DNA of 64,000 bases from a virus, in the IMG/VR virus record IMGVR_UViG_3300020463_000018, positions 2,383 through 66,382 of that record; one strand, written 5' to 3'. How positions within the stretch are numbered: the first letter of the stretch is position 1; every line of letters starts with the position of its first letter. This document shows positions 19,309 through 29,880 of this stretch, one piece after another. The notes below the pieces were generated by a model. It ran no database searches. It saw only the letters and a program-made list of their open reading frames with translations, and was not told where the DNA came from. A program made the position numbers and the translations under genes.

Positions 19309-22300
19309 GATTTATGATTTTTTACCAGGACATTTAAAAAGTAGTGAATTAGAAACTATCTTTGAAACTACACTTGAACGTGTCTTCTCTAAAGGAGACA
19401 TGGAGAAAGTAAGAGCATATGTCGGTAGAAAAGAAAAAGGAATAAATTCAGAAAAAGATATATATCTAAACTTCCCACCTCACGCATTTACACGTGAAAA
19501 TTACGGTCTAGAACCAACATATTCAAGTGACGACCAAAAAGTTTTTTATGAAGATTTACTTAATTCACTTTTTAATAAAGGTGCATTAACAAATGACCAC
19601 AGAAGATTATTCGAAACAGACAAGAAAACTATAAACTTACCTATTGACTTAGATAAGTTTGTAAACTGGTCTATGTATTATTGGGTAAGTCCTGGGTTTG
19701 TTACTGATAACTCTTTAGTTCAAAATGCTAACAAACATTATATTACTGTTGGCAGAGGTGGCACAGATTGGTGGAGTACTAAAAACTCTTGGTATCACTA
19801 CGATGACATTAGAGATAAAATTACAGATGACAACTTCAAACTTATTGCACAAGCAAAAAGACCTATTATAGAATTTGATAAAAGACTTGAACTATCAGAT
19901 GCTAGTCAGGCTTTAGCCGCAAATGCTGATTGGACATATCCTTTATTTAAAATTTATATTAATGAAAATCCAGACGAGGCTTACTTAAAAGATGCAAAAA
20001 TATTTTGCTATACATTAGGTGATTCAACATTATACGAATCAGATATAGAACTTGGTTTTACTCCTTTAGTGAAATCAGGAGACTATGTAAGTGAATATTG
20101 TTTTGAAACAGATATACCTGATAATGCAAAAATGAAACTTGTCGTTCCAAACGTAAGTATTGAGTTTAGAGAAATTTATATTAAAACAGAATTCGATTAC
20201 CGAAACTTTAGACAAGAGTTCGGTAGAGATGCAACGAATGTATTAACACTATCACAGACACCTAAGAATGAAAATGCCATTGATGTTTATATTGACGGGA
20301 TAAAACAAATAAACAATTACTCTGTCAACGGTAGTGTTATTACGTTTAATGTTAGCAGTAACCCAGAAGGGTTCGTATACGTTGACTACTGCACAAACGG
20401 ACCTGTCGTAAGTGACGGAGATAAAGGCTTTCAAAGAATACATCACTCATTAGAGTATAACCCAGAAAATAAAACTTACAATCAAGTACAAATACCTTAC
20501 TCAACTTGGTATGAACATTTTGTAAGAATTATAGAAACAACACCTGGGCTATCTGGTGAACCTAATGGTGTTAACAATTACAGACAAAGAGGTGACAACA
20601 CTGATAAGTTTAGACACAACAATCAAGGAAGTGTTTTAGTAACTAACAGTATTGATGTATCAGATGGATATTTCTCTTTATCAAGAAATGATTACGATCC
20701 TATAGATGCATTTGAGTTTTTATCTACTGCATATCAAGGTTATAAAAATAAATTTGTTACTACAGTAATAGAAATTTTACAAACTTCAGGTTCACAATCA
20801 AAAACAGATTTACAAATATTAGAAGAAGCAATCGACACTATTGGATTATCAAAAAGACAAAGCATTAGTATATTTGATAATCTATTTAAAATAAATTACG
20901 GTGAAATATTTTCGCACTATCAAGAAGAACAGTTAACAATAAATGCTGGCGAGGCCGAACCTTTCTTTCCTAGTAACATAAGTTCTGTAGTTAATGACAA
21001 TGAATTAACTGTTATACAAAATGGCAAAGTGTTAAAACTTGATATAGATTACACTATTGGTACTGGAGGTAATAGTATTAAATGGACAGTATTACCAGAT
21101 GTAAATGATGTCGTTATACTTAGAAAATATGATAGTGTTAAAGAAGCATATATTCCACCTAGTTCTACTTTCTTAAATATAAACCCTGCGTTTATACCAG
21201 GAATAGTTGTAGACAGAATGTATACGACTAACCCACCTTCAGCAACAACTGATTTCATTCAAGGCCATGATGGTTCTATAACTCCTATGTTTGGAGATAG
21301 AACAGATGACATTTTAATTATGTTTGAAACTCTTATTTGGAATAGTTTACCTAATGCAATAACTGATACAAACGTTGACAGATATAACTATGGTCCGTAT
21401 CAACAAGCTAATACAGAGTGGGAACTGTACGAAAAGAATTACACGATGTATCCTTTCTTTAAGAAATGGATGATTAGAAATAACATCGACAACTTACAAA
21501 ATACTGCATATGATCCTAATGATTGGACAACGTGGAACTATAGAACAATAAATGCAGATTCTCCAGGACATTGGAGAGGCATATATGAGTATGCATACAA
21601 TACTGATAGACCTCTTGAAGAACCTTGGAAGACAGTAGGCTTTTCACAAGAGCCAAATGATTTTAAAAACAAACACGGTTTTCATTTTAATACTATTACA
21701 TTTTGGAATAACTTATTTGCTTATTATAATATAACAGGCATACCAGTTCCAGTAGATGCTAACGGTGATTTAAAAGAACCTAATGTGTTGTTCTTTAATA
21801 ACAGTATTACAACTGCCGAAATAGCATTAATGAAAGAAGATTTTGAATTTGGAGATGGCTCTCCTGCTGAAATGGCATGGAGACGTTCAAGTGAATATCC
21901 ATTTATCGAATTTATATTAATGATGTTAACAAAACCATTTAAAGTTTTCTTTGAATATAACGAACAAGTAGCACAAGGTATTACAATTTATAATTCAAGA
22001 GAAGGCTTTAATACTCAAGATATACTTGCAGAAAAGAATTTATATGAATTTAAACTAGGTTCTAAACTAGGTGGCTTTGTTAATAACTTTAGATTATTAG
22101 CAGAAAATACTTCTCTTAACAATAGCAGATTTACAGATATACCAAAAGACAACTTTGATTTAGTTATTCATTCTGGTGAGCCAAATAGAAGTGAATTTTT
22201 TAGTGCGATACTAGTTGAAAAAGTTTCGTTAGATAGTTCTTATCCTACATATTCTTTAGGTGAAACACCTAACTATGTCGCAGGCGATATTGTTCTAAAC

Positions 22301-25300
22301 ACAAGTGATGAGAAATTCTATAGAAGAAAGGCAACTGGACAAAGTACAGCCGAGGCTAGTGGCAACATTACTTTTGATTATAGTTCATGGGTAATGATAT
22401 CTCAACCTAAAACAAGAAAGTATGGTTACAGAATTCAAGGTTATGATGATTTTAATCCTACGTTCTTTGCAATGGAATGGGATAAGTCTAGTGGCGAGAA
22501 AGCATTTAGCACAAAAGGTGATAGAGAAAATCTTAATGAATGGCAACAGGGTTCTTTCTATCGTCAAAATGCATATATGAAATATCAAGGTCAGCCTTAT
22601 ATTTGTTTAAGAGAACACACTTCATCAACACTACTTGATGAGAATATAGAAGATTGGAAACAGTTAGTAGAATGGCCTAGAACAAATATTGTTACTACAC
22701 ATGGCTATAACAAATTTTCAAATGACCAAATTAAATCTTATAACTATGGTCAAATTTTAGAAAGTTTAGATGACGTTACACATTTAATGTTAGGTTATCA
22801 AAAGTATCTAGAGTTTATTGGTTGGGGATTTACAGACGTAGATGAAGTAGGTCAAACAATAGATTTCGAACAACTGCTATATAAATTTTTAGAGTGGGAA
22901 TCAGAAGACCACGGACCAAGTGAGTTTATAACTTTATCTCCAATGTTATTAACAGGTAGCTTTACTGCACCATATGGAGTTGCATCAGTTCGTAAAGAAA
23001 CACATAAAAACTTTTATCGTGTTGTAGATGCATCAGGTAGACTTATATCAAGCAAAGAAATTAACTTTACTACAGATGGTAAAACAATAAATTTCAGAAG
23101 TAGTGTACCTATATTTGGAATAAAAATAGATGTTCAAGATGTAGAACATGCTTTTGTTGTTGACCAAGTTGATAGTTTTGGAGATGTGATTTACGATCCT
23201 TTCTTACACAATAGAAATTTAAGAATGCAAATTGATTGTAACAGAAGTGCAAATTGGGATGGAACATTAACTATAGACGGTTTCTTACCGTTCGGTGATG
23301 AATTACTTCCTAACTTTGAAACTTTAACAAGTGACAGTAAATTTTACAGAGATACATTAGTAGACCAAAACTTAGAAATCACAAACAGATTAAAAGAAAG
23401 TCAAATAGGTTATAGTAAAAGAGATTACTTAAGAAATCACGGTATCGAAAGAGAATCACAATTAGAATTCTACAAAGGGTTCTTATCTCATAAAGGTACT
23501 AACTCCGCAGTTAACAGAATTGTTAACAACAACGGAAACTTTAAAGATATTAAACATCATAACATATGGGCATTTAAACGTGCAGAGTATGGTAAACTCA
23601 ACACAGGATTTAAAGCAATACAATCTGTAAACACAGTTGACATGATAAGTGATCCTCATGTTGTACAGTTCGATGGCATTGTTAACTCTCTTGTTTACAG
23701 AAAAACTCCAAAAGCATTCCCTATCAAAACAACAGGTTATGTTGATGGCAGAGATGTCACATATACAGTTAACACAGAAAATTCTTTACAAAATTTAAGC
23801 GGAATACTAACTGAAGGCGAAACTGCATGGGTTCAATTTGATCCTGTGAGAGAATGGGACGTTAGAAGATTAAGTGAAATCGCAGAGATAGGATATATCG
23901 GAGAAACGGCTGATAATCAACTATATGTAGGGTTAACTAATTCAATAGACACTATAGATAGTGTATACTTAAAAATTAAAAATACAGACATAGAACCAGA
24001 GATTGCAGATTACTATTATCTAGTTGATAACGGTACTAGAGAAGTTGACGGTACAACTATTTTTGAATATCTAGTATTTGAACTTAACTACGAACCACTT
24101 ATTGTTGAAATAGATAGTTCTACTACAGATAGTTTATTTGTTCCAACAGGAAGTGAATCTAGAATTGAAGCAATCGGTACAGTAAGTTTCCCTGCATTTG
24201 CATCAGGCGATGCGTTAGTTATTGATGGTGAACAGTTTACATATACACCAGGTACAGGTGGAGGATCTACAGGAATAGTATTAGGTGGATCAACTGCTAC
24301 AGTAGACCCTGTAGTTGATGAGGGTGAACAAGCAAGAATCGTTGTTTATGATACTAACGGTTCTCCAGTTAACTCAAATACACTAATAACATTTGATGGT
24401 ACTTCTGCTAGAGGAAGTAACGGAGTTACTGCAAACGATGGTGATAAATTTACAATCAACGGTGATGAAATTACAGTAGCATTTGCATCAACACAAAGTA
24501 TTGAAGCAATATCACAAATAACTACAAGTGATAATCTTACAACAGGTGGTACTTTAGTATTTGATAGTACAGGAGAAGTACAAGAAACTGTAACTGCACA
24601 AAATATACAATTTGTAGGTAACATTGCAGATCCTACATTGAGTGCCACAAAATCTTTATCAGTAAATGGTACACTAATTACATTTAATGTTGGTGCATCA
24701 CCAATGACAACAACAGAAATTATTAATACTATTAATTCTTCTAGTGCATCAATTACTGCATCACAAGATGCATCAAACTTTTTAGTAATTGACTCATCAG
24801 ATAGTCAAGTAACATTATCTGGTTCAATACTAGTAGACCTAGGTTTATTAGCAAGTGGATCATCACTTTCTGAAAGTAAACTAAATTTATTAGCGATAGA
24901 TATAAATGCAATATCATATTTGACTGCATTTATAAATGCTAACAATCAATTAGAAATAGAAACTGCAAATGATGATTTACAAATTAGTGGTACATTGCGT
25001 TCACCTATGGGATTCCTAGGAACTTATGATGCTACTGATGACCCAACTGCAATATCTATTGTTAATCAGATTAATGCAAATAATATTTCTGGTATATCAG
25101 CAACTAGAGTAGGTAGTAATATTAAAATTACGTCAAGTACAAATCAATTAGATATTGAAGAAGTAACTACAGGAGCAATGAGTAGATTAGGATTTGCAAC
25201 TAATCCAGTTGAAGTTGATTCAGTTACTACAATTAAGGATAATATTAACGAAGCATTATTAAATCTTCCAAATACAAATGCTACTATTGTTAACAGACAA

Positions 25301-28135
25301 ATAGTTATAACATCAGACCAATCAAGTATTGTTTTAGAAAACGTTTCAGGCAACCCATGGAATGATATTGGTATTGCAGTTGGTACTTACAATTCTAGTG
25401 GCGGTGGTACAGTAAGTTCTGCTACAGAATTTAAAGACCAAATCAATGCGGCTACTAGCAACGTTCTTGTAAGTATTACAAGTGATGGCAGAATGGTCTT
25501 CTCAAACAATAACGTATCGTTAAGTTTTAATGGTACATCACAAGATATATTAGATAGAATAGGAATATTTGAAGTCTACAGTGCAGTAACAAGTAATCCA
25601 AACTTTAAAGCAATGCGTTGGAAGTCAGTTAGATATACACCGTTCTTCTTATTTGATACATTCGATAGTTTCTATAATGACTTGGGTCTTAATGCACAAG
25701 CACTAGTATGGGCAGATGATTATTCAAACAATGGTTGGGCTGTTTTAAATCGTGATGCAACAGGTACATTAAGTATTAAAGGCAGACAAGCAGATGTTAT
25801 AGAACCTGATTTCATGAAACGAGTTATACTACAAGATGGCGAAAGCTATAACTTGTATCAACTATTTGATCCACTGAACTTAAAGTTCCCTGGTGAGATT
25901 ATGAAGAATTTAGATTACGTATCTTGGGAAGATCCTGCAAGTTACGACAAAGCAACATCAAAAGACCTTTGGTTAGACCAATACTTAGGTGAGACTTGGT
26001 GGGATACATCACTTGCAAGATACTATAGATACAATGATTATGGTGATGAAAATGGAACATTAATAGAAAGTTTTGCATCAAGATATTGGGGCAAACTAGT
26101 TCCTGGTTCAGAAATCAATGTTAAGAAATGGACTAAGAGTGAAAAGCTACCAGAAAATATTACAACATTTAATAGTAAAGTTAGATTTGATACTGATAAA
26201 AATAAATCTATTACAGAATACTTTTATTGGAGTGAAGAAGGTGCAGACCCTACACACGGCAAGACAACTAGTATTGAAGAAATAAAAATGTTACTAGAGA
26301 GTGGCAACATAAGAAATAAATTTATTCCTATCAGTGCAGACAAAATTCTTATAAGCAACAATTCTTATATATTTGAAAATCCTGTAGTTAGTGTTTGTCT
26401 TGAATACAATACATCAGATGATATAGATAAGAGCCATGCAGATTGGGAATTGATACAAGAATATACAGAAAGAAAACCTCATCAGTTTTTAATAGTAAAA
26501 CTTATCGAGTCATTATCTAATATCAAATACAAACATTACAATCAACAATCTATTAATCAAGCTATGTTAGGTGATCCAGATAATACGAGAGTTAACGTAT
26601 CTTTCATTGATGCAAGTGGCGGAGCCTCAGATGCATCAATAGATGACACAGTTGTTACAATTAATAATAATATTGTTGATGCACAATATCTTACTTTCTT
26701 TACTGATGGTAATCCTAACAACGCACAAGTTTGGATAAGCAAAGAGTATCAAGTTATTGTAGGTGATATCATTCGTGTATATAGAATGGAACCGTGTGAA
26801 GATAATTGGTTTACAGATTTACAATCAGCTAGAGAAAACTTTGCATCATCTATTAATTCTTATTTTTCTAGCAGACATTTAGTTACAACATATCCTAACT
26901 ATCAAGATTATATACAAGCAGACAATCTTGCATTAAGTTTAGGAGATTGGTATCTAACAGATGAATATAAAAAGATAGAAAGATTTCAATACTTGTCTAA
27001 GACACGTAACTTTGATATGTTAAAACTTTATAACACTGATGGTGTTACATCATTTAAATTAGAATTACCAACAGGCAATGAATACTATTTTGAACACGAA
27101 GGTTCACTGAGACTTGTCAATCACAAAAATCGTGCATTGAAAGTTTCATTCAATGATATTGTATTCCCAGAAAATGGGGAAGCAACAAAAAAATATTATG
27201 AAAATGCAATGGGAGTTCAGATACAAGAACTATTTGGATTATTGCTAAATCAAAATAAAAGCGAAGCAAATGACAGATTATTAAATAGAATTTTCTTTGA
27301 TATGATAAACTATCTGTTTACAGAAAAATCATATCCAGACTTTATATTCAAAACAAGTTATATCGATTTGAATATGTTCAATAGAAATCTAAGAAAGTAT
27401 GCAATCTATCAACGTGATAGTTATGACGATGTTATTGAATACATCAACGAGGCAAAACCTTATCATACTAAGATTAGAGAAGTTTGGAGATACTACGGCA
27501 AAGAAGAAGAAGTAAATGCAGATGTAGATATCGATGAGAATATGAATATAACACTTGACTTTGGTAACAATAAGAGATATTCTGATAATATATTAGACGG
27601 TGGTAATCCTGAATTAGATGATCCAACAGAGTATCCAGAAGATGGAACATATGAAGCAGGAAGATTACTAAGAACAAGATATACACAATCAGACGGCACA
27701 GGAGCAGATGAGTTTGACACAGGCCTAATTAAAGCAGGCTTTAGAGATTCATCAATCGTTTTTGTTGACCAATTCACAGATGCTAACAAGACTGTACATG
27801 AAAAAACTTTTATATACATATATGACATGTTCGGTAGAGGTTACAAAGTTGATGTTAAGGGCGAATCTACAGTATCATCATTTGATGGTGACACATTGAT
27901 AGTAGATACATCATCAATTTTTGATGAAGTTGGCGAGTCTGACAAGAAATTAATAGCCCTAAGAAACGAAACAACAGGTGATATAGAGTTTATGGCCTAC
28001 GACAAGAAGAATACAGTAAACTTATCTATTGCTGACAGAGGTCTATATACAGGCTACTCAACAGGCTTAGGAACAACAAATAAAGCATACTCACTCGGTA
28101 CTCCGTTAGAAATAGTGCTACATGAGATGGTTTAG
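19301..28135 (+). CDS. Giant baseplate wedge/structural protein (gp7-like position), 2944 aa
   Basis: Follows gp6; YINEAKPYHTKIR near the C-terminus; CBM-like segments and internal ~60-aa repeats. Confidence 0.65.
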   Translation: MSKIYDFLPGHLKSSELETIFETTLERVFSKGDMEKVRAYVGRKEKGINSEKDIYLNFPPHAFTRENYGLEPTYSSDDQKVFYEDLLNSLFNKGALTNDHRRLFETDKKTINLPIDLDKFVNWSMYYWVSPGFVTDNSLVQNANKHYITVGRGGTDWWSTKNSWYHYDDIRDKITDDNFKLIAQAKRPIIEFDKRLELSDASQALAANADWTYPLFKIYINENPDEAYLKDAKIFCYTLGDSTLYESDIELGFTPLVKSGDYVSEYCFETDIPDNAKMKLVVPNVSIEFREIYIKTEFDYRNFRQEFGRDATNVLTLSQTPKNENAIDVYIDGIKQINNYSVNGSVITFNVSSNPEGFVYVDYCTNGPVVSDGDKGFQRIHHSLEYNPENKTYNQVQIPYSTWYEHFVRIIETTPGLSGEPNGVNNYRQRGDNTDKFRHNNQGSVLVTNSIDVSDGYFSLSRNDYDPIDAFEFLSTAYQGYKNKFVTTVIEILQTSGSQSKTDLQILEEAIDTIGLSKRQSISIFDNLFKINYGEIFSHYQEEQLTINAGEAEPFFPSNISSVVNDNELTVIQNGKVLKLDIDYTIGTGGNSIKWTVLPDVNDVVILRKYDSVKEAYIPPSSTFLNINPAFIPGIVVDRMYTTNPPSATTDFIQGHDGSITPMFGDRTDDILIMFETLIWNSLPNAITDTNVDRYNYGPYQQANTEWELYEKNYTMYPFFKKWMIRNNIDNLQNTAYDPNDWTTWNYRTINADSPGHWRGIYEYAYNTDRPLEEPWKTVGFSQEPNDFKNKHGFHFNTITFWNNLFAYYNITGIPVPVDANGDLKEPNVLFFNNSITTAEIALMKEDFEFGDGSPAEMAWRRSSEYPFIEFILMMLTKPFKVFFEYNEQVAQGITIYNSREGFNTQDILAEKNLYEFKLGSKLGGFVNNFRLLAENTSLNNSRFTDIPKDNFDLVIHSGEPNRSEFFSAILVEKVSLDSSYPTYSLGETPNYVAGDIVLNTSDEKFYRRKATGQSTAEASGNITFDYSSWVMISQPKTRKYGYRIQGYDDFNPTFFAMEWDKSSGEKAFSTKGDRENLNEWQQGSFYRQNAYMKYQGQPYICLREHTSSTLLDENIEDWKQLVEWPRTNIVTTHGYNKFSNDQIKSYNYGQILESLDDVTHLMLGYQKYLEFIGWGFTDVDEVGQTIDFEQLLYKFLEWESEDHGPSEFITLSPMLLTGSFTAPYGVASVRKETHKNFYRVVDASGRLISSKEINFTTDGKTINFRSSVPIFGIKIDVQDVEHAFVVDQVDSFGDVIYDPFLHNRNLRMQIDCNRSANWDGTLTIDGFLPFGDELLPNFETLTSDSKFYRDTLVDQNLEITNRLKESQIGYSKRDYLRNHGIERESQLEFYKGFLSHKGTNSAVNRIVNNNGNFKDIKHHNIWAFKRAEYGKLNTGFKAIQSVNTVDMISDPHVVQFDGIVNSLVYRKTPKAFPIKTTGYVDGRDVTYTVNTENSLQNLSGILTEGETAWVQFDPVREWDVRRLSEIAEIGYIGETADNQLYVGLTNSIDTIDSVYLKIKNTDIEPEIADYYYLVDNGTREVDGTTIFEYLVFELNYEPLIVEIDSSTTDSLFVPTGSESRIEAIGTVSFPAFASGDALVIDGEQFTYTPGTGGGSTGIVLGGSTATVDPVVDEGEQARIVVYDTNGSPVNSNTLITFDGTSARGSNGVTANDGDKFTINGDEITVAFASTQSIEAISQITTSDNLTTGGTLVFDSTGEVQETVTAQNIQFVGNIADPTLSATKSLSVNGTLITFNVGASPMTTTEIINTINSSSASITASQDASNFLVIDSSDSQVTLSGSILVDLGLLASGSSLSESKLNLLAIDINAISYLTAFINANNQLEIETANDDLQISGTLRSPMGFLGTYDATDDPTAISIVNQINANNISGISATRVGSNIKITSSTNQLDIEEVTTGAMSRLGFATNPVEVDSVTTIKDNINEALLNLPNTNATIVNRQIVITSDQSSIVLENVSGNPWNDIGIAVGTYNSSGGGTVSSATEFKDQINAATSNVLVSITSDGRMVFSNNNVSLSFNGTSQDILDRIGIFEVYSAVTSNPNFKAMRWKSVRYTPFFLFDTFDSFYNDLGLNAQALVWADDYSNNGWAVLNRDATGTLSIKGRQADVIEPDFMKRVILQDGESYNLYQLFDPLNLKFPGEIMKNLDYVSWEDPASYDKATSKDLWLDQYLGETWWDTSLARYYRYNDYGDENGTLIESFASRYWGKLVPGSEINVKKWTKSEKLPENITTFNSKVRFDTDKNKSITEYFYWSEEGADPTHGKTTSIEEIKMLLESGNIRNKFIPISADKILISNNSYIFENPVVSVCLEYNTSDDIDKSHADWELIQEYTERKPHQFLIVKLIESLSNIKYKHYNQQSINQAMLGDPDNTRVNVSFIDASGGASDASIDDTVVTINNNIVDAQYLTFFTDGNPNNAQVWISKEYQVIVGDIIRVYRMEPCEDNWFTDLQSARENFASSINSYFSSRHLVTTYPNYQDYIQADNLALSLGDWYLTDEYKKIERFQYLSKTRNFDMLKLYNTDGVTSFKLELPTGNEYYFEHEGSLRLVNHKNRALKVSFNDIVFPENGEATKKYYENAMGVQIQELFGLLLNQNKSEANDRLLNRIFFDMINYLFTEKSYPDFIFKTSYIDLNMFNRNLRKYAIYQRDSYDDVIEYINEAKPYHTKIREVWRYYGKEEEVNADVDIDENMNITLDFGNNKRYSDNILDGGNPELDDPTEYPEDGTYEAGRLLRTRYTQSDGTGADEFDTGLIKAGFRDSSIVFVDQFTDANKTVHEKTFIYIYDMFGRGYKVDVKGESTVSSFDGDTLIVDTSSIFDEVGESDKKLIALRNETTGDIEFMAYDKKNTVNLSIADRGLYTGYSTGLGTTNKAYSLGTPLEIVLHEMV
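24690..25580 (+). repeat. Five ~57-66-aa degenerate protein repeats (..IN[A/S/E]..lxI.S..lG[FLI]) in the giant structural protein
   Basis: IINTINSS, LAIDINAI, IVNQINAN, IKDNINEA and FKDQINAA, each followed by LGL/MGF/LGF/IGI/IGI. Confidence 0.6.
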
Positions 28136-28154
28136 CCGTCATAGATAGAAATAT

Positions 28155-28162
28155 GATAAATA
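28155..28162 (+). promoter_or_regulatory. Late promoter box
   Basis: Intergenic GATAAATA 26 nt before ATG 28189. Confidence 0.6.
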
Positions 28163-28188
28163 GTTAAGATTACTAAAGAGAGAAAAAC

Positions 28189-28863
28189 ATGTTTAAAGAC
28201 AAAATAAATGTACAAGCTATCGGAACACTCAAAATTTCAGATAAGGAGACTGGTACCGTACTTGTAGATAAAAGAAATGCGATCCATCCAGGGAATATGG
28301 CGTATATCTTGGCATCAGCATTAGGTGGTAAGCCAACTAGTGTTAATAGTTCAGGGTCATCTCCATTTATCAATTGGATGGCGTTCGGTAATGGCGGAAG
28401 TAGTTCAACTACTACACTTTCTTATCGTTCTCCGAGAGTTTTCACTACATATGACGGGTTACCAATTACATCCAGTAACTCGACATTGTACTCCAAAACA
28501 TATCAACAAGAGGTAGCATCAACAGTATTTGCTCCAGGAGAAGATATGGGAGGAGGGAATTTAGTTCCAGATAATACGTCAAAGGTAAATTTCAAAGTAG
28601 AAATGTCACACTCAGAATATGAGGCGATGCAACAACTTCAGGATCCATCGATTACTACACCGGAAACTGATAGTTCAACTGACACCACTAGTGTAACGGC
28701 ATTCACATTCGATGAAATTGGCTTAATGGCTGGGGTATCCACTCCATCAGGCATGGATGAAACAAAAACTTTGATGGTCACACATGTAACTTTTCATCCT
28801 GTGTTACTATCAGCGAACAGAACTATTGTAGTTGATTACACAATAACTGTTCAACTTAGCTAA
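28189..28863 (+). CDS. Baseplate/tail structural protein
   Basis: VDKRNAIH..NM, MAFGNGG, FDEIGL and THVTFHPV.LSANR motifs typical of large myovirus baseplate proteins. Confidence 0.6.
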   Translation: MFKDKINVQAIGTLKISDKETGTVLVDKRNAIHPGNMAYILASALGGKPTSVNSSGSSPFINWMAFGNGGSSSTTTLSYRSPRVFTTYDGLPITSSNSTLYSKTYQQEVASTVFAPGEDMGGGNLVPDNTSKVNFKVEMSHSEYEAMQQLQDPSITTPETDSSTDTTSVTAFTFDEIGLMAGVSTPSGMDETKTLMVTHVTFHPVLLSANRTIVVDYTITVQLS

Positions 28864-28936
28864 AGGGGTTTCCGGAAAATCTTTTTTGTTAAGTATAAAA
28901 TTTTAAACTTGACTAGTCAAATTTAGGAGTAAGACA

Positions 28937-29842
28937 ATGGCATTGGTACAAACAACTGACTTAAGTACGCTAAGAGATACTTTGAATTCCGCTCTGAACG
29001 GAACGGGTGTCGGAGGCGGCTATAATCAGTCACATACGGTAGCTAGTAACCCAGCAGTAGGCGACACGATTGACGATTCTTATATGGATTCAATATTCTC
29101 AGCGGCGGCTAAATTAGCAAATTATTATAATATAACAAATCCGTTTACGGCGGTTAATGCAGGCGATGTGGTTGATGAACCACAATACTTTGACCACGCG
29201 GCATCATTCACAACCTCAGTAAACGACAGAATTTCTGACCCATGGGATTATTCATCAACATGGGATATGACAACTGCTACAGAAACTACAGAAAGTGTTT
29301 CAAACTGGAACAGTTCACGTGAACAAACAGTTGCAGTAGCTTTCGCGGACACGGCAACAATGGACGCATGGTTTTCAGCAGGCGGTGAAATTAGAGTTTC
29401 AGCATCACACAGTGATACAACAAACAATCAACAAGGAACTTCTTGGGAGCAATTAACGGCAGAATTAGGTATATTTAGAATATCTTTAAGACCAGAAGAT
29501 TCAAGTAACGTTGGTGATAGAACTAGAGTTAAGTACTCAGACCTAACATCTTCTTTTGTAAAATATAAAGAAGAATACGCAGACGATTCAGATTACAGTG
29601 CAAACTATATTTGTATTGACGTACAAAAATCAGGAAGCACAATTAACGTGAAAATTGGATTACACGATGCTCACACGGCAAGAAGTGATTCAGGTTCAGG
29701 TTATGGTGGCCCATGGTCATGGTCTGGAGACGACCAAGCGGTTGGTACTTCAACAGTCAATGTAACATCACTTAAATTAAGTAATGCATCAGGCTCTGTG
29801 AACATAACAAACCCTTCTTTCACGGTAACGGATAATCTATAA
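28937..29842 (+). CDS. Putative tail fibre/virion structural protein (paralogue A)
   Basis: Ser/Thr/Asp-rich; GYNQ and F..AGGEIRVSAS..SWxxL shared with the next ORF; AGGAG RBS. Confidence 0.55.
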   Translation: MALVQTTDLSTLRDTLNSALNGTGVGGGYNQSHTVASNPAVGDTIDDSYMDSIFSAAAKLANYYNITNPFTAVNAGDVVDEPQYFDHAASFTTSVNDRISDPWDYSSTWDMTTATETTESVSNWNSSREQTVAVAFADTATMDAWFSAGGEIRVSASHSDTTNNQQGTSWEQLTAELGIFRISLRPEDSSNVGDRTRVKYSDLTSSFVKYKEEYADDSDYSANYICIDVQKSGSTINVKIGLHDAHTARSDSGSGYGGPWSWSGDDQAVGTSTVNVTSLKLSNASGSVNITNPSFTVTDNL

Positions 29843-29880
29843 GATTAAGATATCCATACAATGGACGAGGTAAAAGTTAA

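Noticed and set aside
28862-28890. Possible terminator AAAGGGGTTTCCGGAAAATCTTTTTT
   Set aside because: The stem needs G-U pairs and a bulge with a very small loop; too weak to call
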